Source: a virus (taxonomy: Duplodnaviria > Caudoviricetes). From it: a stretch of DNA of 24,767 nt. Of this stretch, positions 8,089 through 17,800 are shown one piece after another (positions within the stretch are counted from its first letter, which is position 1; every line of letters begins with the position of its first letter). The stretch is from positions 1-24,767 of IMG/VR virus record IMGVR_UViG_3300005837_000615; one strand, given 5' to 3'. The notes beneath the pieces are model-generated. The model had not been told where the DNA came from, ran no database searches, and was given only the letters and a program-made list of their open reading frames with translations. The translations under genes were made by a program, and so were the position numbers.

Positions 8089-8891
8089 TGAGAAAAATTT
8101 ACGTCAGACGAAAGGAGATTAATAGTTTCCTGCCAAAGGAGGTCCGAGTAGGAGCTCGCGTCACAATCGGTTCTATATTTGTAGGACGTCAACCACTCAA
8201 AGGAGTGGAAGGAGAAGAGGCCAAAGAATACCTACCACGTATTATAGGTCTACCGTACGATCATCCAGATTTCCCTGCTAGGGAAAAGGATTACTGGGCC
8301 AGTTTGCGAGTTAAAGTCCCATTCGAAGGAAAGGAGCTTGACATCACTACTACTGAAGATGGTAAAGCCGTCAACCCAGAAGATTACATTACATACAAGT
8401 GGTGTATGAAACATCGGCAGGTTGCTGAGAGTAAGTCTGAGATGGAGTCGGTCTCCGGAAAGAGATTCTACATATATGATCCTCAAAAGGATCTTCTTAA
8501 GAAGAACAAAAGGGTTCAGGTTTCTAAGGACGCTGACAAAGAATTTATCAAAGCATCATCGGATGTAGCAAGAATGAAGAGATTGCTTCGGGTAATTAGC
8601 AATACTGACCCAGACAAGCTGTCTAACTTGGAGATTGAAAACAACTTGTATGAGTTGAAGACAAGCTCTCCAGATAAATTCTTGAAAGCGGCCTTGGATA
8701 AGGATTTGGATCTCAGAGATGAGATTGCAGAAATGGTACAAAAGGATATCATACGTAAGATAGGAAACCAGCACATCCACGGTGATGAAACATTGGGTGA
8801 GAACATAGCTGATACTATCGTATATTTTAAGAACAAGAAAAACTCCGGTGCGATAAATGCACTTAGAGCAAAACTTAAGGAAGTAAAGTGA
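8088..8891 (+). CDS. Conserved crAss-like post-MCP protein, function unknown (267 aa)
   Basis: Sits between MCP and the ring gene. Motifs 'YWASLRVKVP..GKEL', 'NPEDYITY..C..H..VA', 'RFYIYDP', 'PDKFL' resemble the conserved crAss gene at this position. Confidence 0.7.
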   Translation: MRKIYVRRKEINSFLPKEVRVGARVTIGSIFVGRQPLKGVEGEEAKEYLPRIIGLPYDHPDFPAREKDYWASLRVKVPFEGKELDITTTEDGKAVNPEDYITYKWCMKHRQVAESKSEMESVSGKRFYIYDPQKDLLKKNKRVQVSKDADKEFIKASSDVARMKRLLRVISNTDPDKLSNLEIENNLYELKTSSPDKFLKAALDKDLDLRDEIAEMVQKDIIRKIGNQHIHGDETLGENIADTIVYFKNKKNSGAINALRAKLKEVK

Positions 8892-10066
8892 CAATACAAG
8901 AGATGCATATAGCGGTCAACCTGGGGGTCCAAAAGCTTGGGTCTTTCCAGGTTGACAATCTCTTACCTGAAGAGATCGACCATGAGTTGAACATGGCGCA
9001 AAGAAGGTTTATCAAGCAGAGATACTCTGCGTTGAGCAATCCAAAGCGCCGTGGTTTTGAGCAATCACAGAAACGATTGGACGATCTGCGTAATCTCGTA
9101 GAAGATTACTACCAAAACCTGCCTAGTTACATGGGCGCTGTGTATACATCTAAGGGTTCGGGAGACGTATTTGCCTACAGGGCAAAGTTCCCCACAGATT
9201 ACATGCATTTGATTAACGTTAGAGCCAAGGTGTTCTACGAATGCAATATCGATAGAAATGTACCCTTTGAAACATTTAGAAAAGAGTACTACTACTTGAG
9301 AGTACCAATCAACCAACCTATACGGGGTTACATTCTAGTAGACATCAGCGTTGCTAACGCTGCGGGGGCTTTAACTAGTGTTAAGTCTAATCTTGGGGGA
9401 ATCACAATAGACTCTATCCGTAATGGAGTTTACGGAGAAGAGATAACACCAAGCCTGTCACCCAACGACGGGTTTTCTGATTTGACAGCTCCTACGATTA
9501 CAGCAGACTCCCCCGTGGCAGATGCCAACGAGATATTCTTTAAGAGAGAAGCTGCTTTTACTCAGCTGAGCGATGTATCTATTCCCGGTGTGGTAGGGGC
9601 ATATGCAGTGTTGCGTTGGAAGCACCCACTTACAGATGATGTAATTGACATAAACGTCAACCAAGGACCACTGGTGATAGATGAGGTATTAAGAGAAGTT
9701 ACCCCTGAGATCGTAGAAGATAACCCAACACTGAAGCTAAAGAGAACACTTTGTAAGTACTCTCAACACGATGACTTGTACGCTATACTAGATGATCCGT
9801 TTAATACAACAAAAAACTCGGCACCTTTGTATACAATACAGGAAAACTTCGTAGATTTGTACACAGGTTCTAGTTTTATCCCACAGGATATCTTTATAAA
9901 GTATTTACGGAGACCAGCCCTCATGAGTTATTCAAGAGGCATTGGCTCCGAACTGCCAGAACACACACATGACGAAGTCATAGAAATGGCAGTTAAAAGC
10001 ATCTTGGAGACAATTGAGTCACCAAGGTATCAGTCACAATCTGGGGAAGTCCTGGAGAGTGAATAA
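8888..10066 (+). CDS. Tail ring (adaptor) protein with a large central insertion (392 aa, GTG start)
   Basis: N-terminal 'PEEIDHELNMAQRRFIKQRY..GFEQSQKRLDDLRNLV' and C-terminal 'KYLRRP...SELPEHTHDEVIEMAV' match crAss ring proteins. GTGA overlap with the previous stop. Confidence 0.82.
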   Translation: MTIQEMHIAVNLGVQKLGSFQVDNLLPEEIDHELNMAQRRFIKQRYSALSNPKRRGFEQSQKRLDDLRNLVEDYYQNLPSYMGAVYTSKGSGDVFAYRAKFPTDYMHLINVRAKVFYECNIDRNVPFETFRKEYYYLRVPINQPIRGYILVDISVANAAGALTSVKSNLGGITIDSIRNGVYGEEITPSLSPNDGFSDLTAPTITADSPVADANEIFFKREAAFTQLSDVSIPGVVGAYAVLRWKHPLTDDVIDINVNQGPLVIDEVLREVTPEIVEDNPTLKLKRTLCKYSQHDDLYAILDDPFNTTKNSAPLYTIQENFVDLYTGSSFIPQDIFIKYLRRPALMSYSRGIGSELPEHTHDEVIEMAVKSILETIESPRYQSQSGEVLESE

Positions 10067-10091
10067 TGTTTAACGATTCAATCAAACAATT

Positions 10092-11309
10092 ATGAATCAA
10101 GTTTTTATTTCGAATCATATGGCCGGAATCCAGGCCAATGCCGATCACGCTCTTTGGGGTTCTTTGGCGCATACAGCTGGGGCCGCTGATGGCCACGCCG
10201 CCTGCATGGTAGGCATCTGGGATCCATATGCACAGGCGTTTCTTGACGGTACCACAAAAGGACTGTCTCTTATAAACCCACAAAACGTTGCTGCTCTTAC
10301 AGCTGCAGGTAGTCCTGCTCACGCTAATGCTGCAGAGATTTGGGACGTAGTTCAACAAGGTACTATCATTGCTGATGGTACTGATATCGCAGGAGGTCAG
10401 GAAATAGCTAACGTTACTCCTACTAGCCCTCAGTGGTTGAACAGAGCATTCCAGATTGTGCAGGCTATGCCTAGCGGTAATGCAGTTGCTTCACCTATCA
10501 TTCACACTAACCAAGTCAAAAGGTTGAAGTGGGATGTTAATATTGCACCGGTTAAGCACAAGTTGGATATTGACACTGACGCAGGTCTTGATGTTGGTGC
10601 TACCGTTGCAGCAGGTGACGTTATGAATCTAGTATTGAATGTGCGTTTCCCCCACGATGCTGCATTCTACGAAGCTCAGATTAACCCAAGCGGTGCTGTA
10701 ACTTCTGTTACTCCTGCTCTGTCTGCTGCTTTTGACAATCCTAAGCGTATTTATAAAGTAGAAGCTATTGCTACAAATGCTACTGCTGCTACTCAGTCTG
10801 GTGTTCTTGTTGATGCTATTAATGCTCACAGTCAGGTTAGTCAACTTGTTACTGCTGCAGATGATGGTAGTGGTCTCACTTTGGAAGCTAAATTCTTCGG
10901 TATGATCATCGATGCTACAGTTACTAAAAATGGTGACAAAGCAGGTGTTGTTAGTGATGAAGCAGACATGACTATCGGTGTTGGTTCTTTTGCAGAAGCT
11001 CTCTCTGCTGAGAAGAAGGCACAATACTCACAGGGACACTTCAACAGAATGTACCTCCCAACAGGTGGGGTGACTAGTGCATCAGCAACTGCTGGTGGAT
11101 TGTCTTCTGCAACAGTTCTTTACAACAGACTTACTCTCGAGTATGTGAACTCTAATGGCACAATGCCTGGATTTAACAGTCAAGGCAATACCAGTACTGC
11201 TACTTTGTACGTGCCTAAAGCTACTTATGCTGACCAAGCTAATCAGCTTGCAGTGGAGGCAGCCTTTGGACTCATCGATGCTACAGCAGCTAACGAGTTC
11301 AACTGGTAA
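10092..11309 (+). CDS. Structural protein, putative auxiliary capsid protein (405 aa)
   Basis: Ala/Gly/Thr-rich and beta-rich. Occupies the position of the auxiliary capsid gene in crAss001-type synteny (after the ring gene, before the hub genes). Strong GCT/GGT/ACT codon bias, an MCP-like leader (AAACAATyATG) and an MCP-like downstream G/C hairpin suggest high expression. Confidence 0.55.
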   Translation: MNQVFISNHMAGIQANADHALWGSLAHTAGAADGHAACMVGIWDPYAQAFLDGTTKGLSLINPQNVAALTAAGSPAHANAAEIWDVVQQGTIIADGTDIAGGQEIANVTPTSPQWLNRAFQIVQAMPSGNAVASPIIHTNQVKRLKWDVNIAPVKHKLDIDTDAGLDVGATVAAGDVMNLVLNVRFPHDAAFYEAQINPSGAVTSVTPALSAAFDNPKRIYKVEAIATNATAATQSGVLVDAINAHSQVSQLVTAADDGSGLTLEAKFFGMIIDATVTKNGDKAGVVSDEADMTIGVGSFAEALSAEKKAQYSQGHFNRMYLPTGGVTSASATAGGLSSATVLYNRLTLEYVNSNGTMPGFNSQGNTSTATLYVPKATYADQANQLAVEAAFGLIDATAANEFNW

Positions 11310-11323
11310 TAACTAACCTATAA

Positions 11324-11357
11324 ATTAATGGGGGAGCAATTGGGCTCCCCCCTTAAT
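11324..11357 (+). terminator. GC-rich stem-loop after the 405-aa gene
   Basis: ATTAA-T-GGGGGAGC [loop AATTGG] GCTCCCCC-C-TTAAT forms 13 bp with one mismatch. There is no long U-tract. Confidence 0.7.
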
Positions 11358-11367
11358 ACTTCTAATC

Positions 11368-11832
11368 ATGGCGTCAAGAAACATACACGGAGATTCAAAA
11401 GTCAGAGTAAAAGCATCTGCCCTTAAGGCACGTGGTAGATACACGGTTCAACTAAACAACCTAGTTACAGGTGAATCAAAAACTTTCCAAGCCAACTCTA
11501 TAGCGGGTAAGCTGCAGAAGACTGTAGCGTTTCGTGGTTCCGGGGTTACTACAACAATAATCAAAGATTCAAAGGGTAGGGTTGTTAAGCAAAGCTCCCA
11601 AGTAGGTACCGCAGAAATTGATTGTTGTATAGCAAAGTTGGTTCATGATGCAATCAATTGCACATGCCAATGCAACAAGTGTAACGAAGATCTTAAGAGA
11701 GCAGAGACTATATATCTGCTGCTCCAGTCTGCAAAGCATGAAGCTCAGGTTCTGAACAACCCAGAGATGGCTGCAGATAAGGTTTTGAAAGCAAAAGAAT
11801 TGTGTACAGAGGTCTGCGCTTGCGGCTGCTAA
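11368..11832 (+). CDS. Cys-rich structural protein, putative tail hub A-like (154 aa)
   Basis: Beta-rich N-terminus, then DCC, CTCQCNKC, a helical segment and C-terminal LCTEVCACGC. A terminal CxCGC and this position recall crAss tail hub proteins. Confidence 0.5.
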   Translation: MASRNIHGDSKVRVKASALKARGRYTVQLNNLVTGESKTFQANSIAGKLQKTVAFRGSGVTTTIIKDSKGRVVKQSSQVGTAEIDCCIAKLVHDAINCTCQCNKCNEDLKRAETIYLLLQSAKHEAQVLNNPEMAADKVLKAKELCTEVCACGC

Positions 11833-11844
11833 AAAGTATCGTAT

Positions 11845-14800
11845 ATGTCATCAGGAAAGCTATATTATGTACTCCCCTCGAAAATAGGTTTGGACGTTGT
11901 TATAGGCGGGGCTACAGCTGCCAGCACAACAGTCTTTGCCCCACACAAAGTTCTCCCAGACCACAATGGTGGTAAACTTGTAGAGCTGACTGGTAATGGG
12001 ACTAATATTGCAGCTGGAGTTAAAACTTTGGACCCCCTAAACCTATACTATGAAACAATAGTAGGGGTAGTACCAAAGAGGATATACAGCCCACTGCTGG
12101 GTTCGGCTAGCATTACCCTAACCGAGGGTAACATGGATGACTATATTCAAGAGATTGATTATAGATACCTGGATAACGGACATAGGGCAATAAGTATTGT
12201 ATACAAAAGCGGTGCTTTTAGTATGACTACTAATAGTTACCCCGAACTGAAGATGATAGAATTTGATATTCTATTTACAAATCCCAAGATACCAGAAGGT
12301 AATGATAGCTTTGCTAGGGGCAGAACCCCCACACAAACGTCGCAGACAGTAAGACAATATATCGTACCTGCAAAGTACGTAGATGGGGTAGATGCCGGTG
12401 ACTCTGGATTTGAGTTTGACTATACTCAAATGTTTGACTTTAGTGAAATCCCATTCAGCCGAGGTACGGGAGAGCCCAAAAGGGCCGACAAAAACTTTGG
12501 GGGTATTAAACTAACAAATGGGGGAACAGACAAAGGATGTCTTCACTTTGACACTTATTCTTACACAGATCATAAGTGGGACAGTGACTTTACCTTACGT
12601 CCCACCGGTGCAGGCAAAGGTTTTTTCAGCGTTTCGCCCCTATTCCCAAATATAGATGGTTTTGACTATGCGGATACAAACAGTTATCTTACAGTCTCTC
12701 TAGATGATGATAACCCAATAGCGATAGAGACAGGACTTACATCTGTAAAAACCAACTCCAATACCTTTAACTACCGTATTAATCAGACATCCCGGGCGGG
12801 ATATGGAATGGGGGCTATAGGTAGTGGTCAGATAGATGGGGGGAGTATAGGTAAACTTATCAACCCCTTGGGGGATATACAATTCCACACTGACGATGTA
12901 GACGATCTATATAAGCTTGGAAATCACTGTTACAGAACCATTACATGGATGGACTACCACCTAACTGGTTTCAGTGGTCAAAACATTACAGACTATAATG
13001 GTGACCTCTTTGAGCTGCCTCCGCAGCACTTTACTGAGTGGTTTACTGATCCCTGCCACCCAACCGAACTAAAAGATGCATCACTGGGGTCTATTGAAAC
13101 TGGGATTGCACAGGGGGTTAAAAACTATCCTTTTGGGTGGTTTGGGTCATCGATAGGTACAGGCCAACCTACTGCAGTAAAAGAGAGAGCTAGTGCATTT
13201 TTTACGCAGAACAACAAAGCCCGTAGGCAGGACGATACTGTAGACTACACGGGTAGAATGTTCGATGGTATGATCTATGCTGTATCCAGGAAAGATGGTG
13301 CAAGTTTTAGTAGTGTAGCTTTTGACACAAACATAGGGAACGGGATGGACATTAGGGATACCCCTAATGGCCTTGGTGTTCTGACTAATGTGGCTCTAAA
13401 TCTAATGGAGTACCAGAAGGAGAACACTAATGTGCTCCTGAGTGAGTTTATTTTTAACTACGCTGCTCCACCCTCCAATACAGAAATTACTACCGGAAAT
13501 TTGATGGCACTGGGTATGCTGACTCCGCAAGATCTTATTAGTAATTATCTTAATTCATCGCATGGTTTCTTCTTGTGGCCAGGTGGCTCCGATGAGAATA
13601 ACAGGCTATTGGGCTACCTCTTGGGCTCAACCAATAGCAATCTATCAGCTGCGACCGCAAGCTCGTCAAATTTCGCAACCAGTAACCCCCTTAGTAATGG
13701 GGGTGGGATAGCTATAGATAAACTTGATCAAACGGACTTCGGGGGTACTATAATAAAAGGACTACCGTACCACATATACGTATCAGGGTTTGATGCATTC
13801 GACTACGGTGGGGTGTCTACTCACCAAGACCCGGTAATAAACGACGCCGGTAGTAATGTAGATAGTACTATAAGCAATCCGTTCGGTGCAGCCACAATCA
13901 ACATAAATCTAAACGACGGCGTAAAGCCCTACATGATTGGTGAATCGGACGACACTGGAGACAAGCCCTCATTTGTTATAGACTCCCAAAGAGTTAAAGT
14001 TGGGGGTAAGGGAGGTATGGGTACCGGACCTAGCGATGGCTACGTCCCTAGCAGCATAGAATACTTTGAAAAGACCATAACTAGAAATGGTGTAGAGCTT
14101 TCTCGGATAGGTATTGGGGCTGTTAAAACAAGCCCAACGACTCTTATAGCACTAAGAAGTGGGGCTCAAGAGGCCGATGGACTCCCTACACTAGACAGAA
14201 ATTCTACATTCTGGGGAGGGGCTTTGTCTGATACCAACGAATTCAATCAAATTGAGCCTCTTCCTCTAGGTCAGAGACCGGCAGGATGTCTGCAGGATGT
14301 CATAGGGAGCAGTGGTGCTGTAATTTCCGCAGCCTGGACAGCACCGTTCAATAACCTATTTGAGTTTGAGCGAATATCATACAACGATGCTCTAGGTATC
14401 TTAACAAACGGATCGAGGGCACACGAATATTCAGGTTCTCGCAGGAAAACTTACTTAAGAGGTTGCATGCAGCCAATTAAAGAAATGAACCCTGCTTCAG
14501 GTACAGCAACAAGGCTAAGGATGCTGATAGATCCGCAAGTTACTAACACGACTGAAATTGTCTCGGAGGTTAAATTTGAGTATTTCTACCCTGCCGGTAA
14601 TAGCGAGTTGGTGATTCCGCCATCCACTATATTCACTGAAGCAGATGGCGTAGGCATAGCCTTTAGCGATACCGGTATTGCCGACCAAGCCATTACCAGT
14701 GCAGCTAATGGCGTCGAGGTCTCAGATTTCGCTCAGACATGGGATTGTGGGTGCGATAATGACATTGCAAACTACGAAGCCTCTACAAGCACCGATGCTT

Positions 14801-17800
14801 TATCTGTGGCTGATGCTTCAGATGTATTTGCTTACAAGTACACTCCTGGTAGAAATCACTTTGATGATAGCTTCTACACAGAGAATTCATTCCCAACACT
14901 GTCTGCTCCTCAAGCAGGTGATGCAGAAGGAGAAGGCAATACATTCTCACCCAACACTTCCACAACTGCTTTTTCGGGGAATGGAACTTTCACTCAGGCA
15001 AATGGAACTCAAAAGCTCACACTGCTGCTTACAGCCAGTGGATCACAAGCACTTGACAGGCCCTACGTTGATGTAAACTCATCAAATTTCAACTGGGACA
15101 GCAGACAAATATTTGACAGTAGTGGGTATGGGATAGATGCAAACAGTGAAGCAAACTCCCACGACAACGAATATTTAACAGACGGAGGTGAAGAGCCAAC
15201 GAGGCATTCTGAGATATACGTAACCCCTAAAAACAAAACCACCAGTACCGTACAGATGGGACTTGAGAGTGCCGTCAACAAGGCAGGTAATGTGTTTAAG
15301 ATGGGTGAAGTTTTCGAGTTTGTAACACTCGGAGCGCAAGTAGTACCTGGAGGAGGAGAAGGTGGTGACGTACCAGGATGCACAGAGGAGGACTCTTTGA
15401 ACTACGATCCTATAGCTACAGTAGATGATGATACATGCGTAACGTGTGAAGCTGATGATCTAGTTGGAACTTCAGCCCCAGATGTAGAACCCTTGATTGG
15501 AAATTACACAAACGCTTTAATAGGACCACTGGCTGCTATTACAAGTGCCAATACTCCATTTGACATGGGTCCTTGGTACAATAACGGCAATTACCAAGAG
15601 GGAACCTGGAATCAAGGTCAGATAGGTAATGCATTTAACCACTGGGGGCCATCTCTAAATGCTGCAGTAACTTATAGTGCAGACGCTGAAGGAATTGTGG
15701 TGCCGTTTGGGCCTGCTTGGGACGCCCTTTCTGTGGACCCTGCCGCTATATACACTCAATTTAAATTTGAGCATACGGTGTCTGTTGGTGATATGGGGCC
15801 TATAGGTGGACTTATAACAGACCAGACCTCAGATCTAGAGCCGCTAGCATGGACTCTAGAGATATACAAGATAGAGCAATGGGATGGGTCAGCTCTGGGT
15901 TGGAATTACGATCAATGGGAAGATACACCTAATAACTTCACAGGAGAGGATACTCCAGTTTCAGGTAGCCCTATAGGCACCATGACAAATCAAGGCACGG
16001 CCCTGGCCCCTAAGTTTGCTAGTTACACGATTGGGGCAACTGGAACTTCAGATAATGCCAATACGTTTAACTTTAACACAGTAGATATACTCAATGATCC
16101 ACACGCTCAGACGTATTTACAGCCCGCCAAACACTATGTAGCTGTACTAAGACTGGATGTTTCCACCCTTATAGGAGGACTGACTAGTCCCGTCCTAGGA
16201 GACTGTAGAAGAAACTACGCTTTTTCGTTTAACTTCTGGAATCTGGTTTGTGGATGTGATATAATAAACTCGCCCACCTATGCAGGTAGATTCTTTGATT
16301 ACCCATGGAGTGGAGCGATTCCATTCCCTGCGGGGTATACAAGCATTGGAGCTTGTAATACGGGGACGGCTCAGTCAAGGAGAATAAAGAAGAAAACAAC
16401 CGATGACAACGGATTCTGTGCACCTATACCACCAGAGTTTAGCTGCGACAGTTTCATAGACGCTTGTGTTCATACCACATCCTTTGATTGTGTACCTGAT
16501 CCGGGGGAAACAACCTCAACAATAACAGGTACCATAGAGATAGACGTGTTTGGGGCGTACACAAACAATGCAGATGGAGACCAGTACCAGTTCGTTTTGG
16601 GTACAGAGCTCTTCACATTTAATATATATGTGGTAAATCAAGAATATGCTAACCCCACCACATCGGTACTTGGTGCTAATGCACTTCAGGAGGTAATAGA
16701 AGTTACATCAGAGGCGGACTACAATAGCTACGGGGTCGATCCGTACAACGTTGCTGACAGCCCGCTGCATATTGTCCTTGATATAGTTGGGGCAGGGGAG
16801 TACTTTGTTTACATAGCACAAACCAACCAGTTTTCTTTCCAGGTAGATGCCGCAGGAAACCCTATAGTCTGTGAACCCATACTTATTGGGGGTGCCGGAA
16901 TAGATGCCAGTGTCAATGGTGAGACTGAATGTCCAGAGACAATTGTAGGGTGTCTTGACGCAGCTGCTATAAACTTCGACTGCGCTTGCGATAACGCCAG
17001 TGAGGGGCCATGCAATGACGGTGTTACAGTTGACAACAGAGATTGTTGTATATATGTAGACTGTGATAACGTATACCTAGACGGCGAGATTGGGGCAGTA
17101 ACTACTGAAAATACTAGGCTACTGTGTGTAGAAACAGACTTAGCTGACGGTGATACTATAAACACTCTACTGGATACTACCTCCGGAGCTATTACGGTAG
17201 ATACCTTTGACGGAACCGTCAGCGGCGGGGAGGTAACAGGCACATTCATAATGGGTGTATTTGCCGTCGTGAACGGCAATACAGGAGCTGCCACAAGCAA
17301 TATACTTAACTTGGTTGAAAACAGTGCGACCGCATTCGATACAACTCGCACAGAGCCAATCGTTGCTCCAGGTACAGCAGGACCATTGGGATTGTTGATG
17401 GGCTTCAGTGCTCTTGGAGATCCAATTCTTACTACAGGAACTGTATTGGCTGCTGGTCAGTATGTGGTCATGATGGTCAACAACTATCAAGCAGTACTAG
17501 ATGAAAGTTGCTCAGGAGTAGGATTTATAGATAACTTCAATGCCATTGATCAAGTAGTTGTTGGAACAACCATTGACTACACCGACTGCCCAACACCATG
17601 TAATGATCAGACCAACCCCGCAGATTGCCCAGACATTGTAGGCGGCTGCACCGATGAGAATGCAGAGAACTACAACCCACTTGCAGACTACAATGACGGA
17701 ACGTGCAACTATGCCGATAGCGATCCTTGTGATGCAGGAGAAGATGAAGTTGGGTGTGAAGATTGCGATAGCGCTGCTGCATCAGGTTTGGTTACGTTTA

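Noticed and set aside
11830-11847. The 154-aa gene and the giant ORF are in frame, separated by one TAA and four codons (possible readthrough fusion)
   Set aside because: In-frame arrangement has a one-in-three chance, TAA is rarely read through, and the upstream protein ends in a natural-looking CxCGC terminus.
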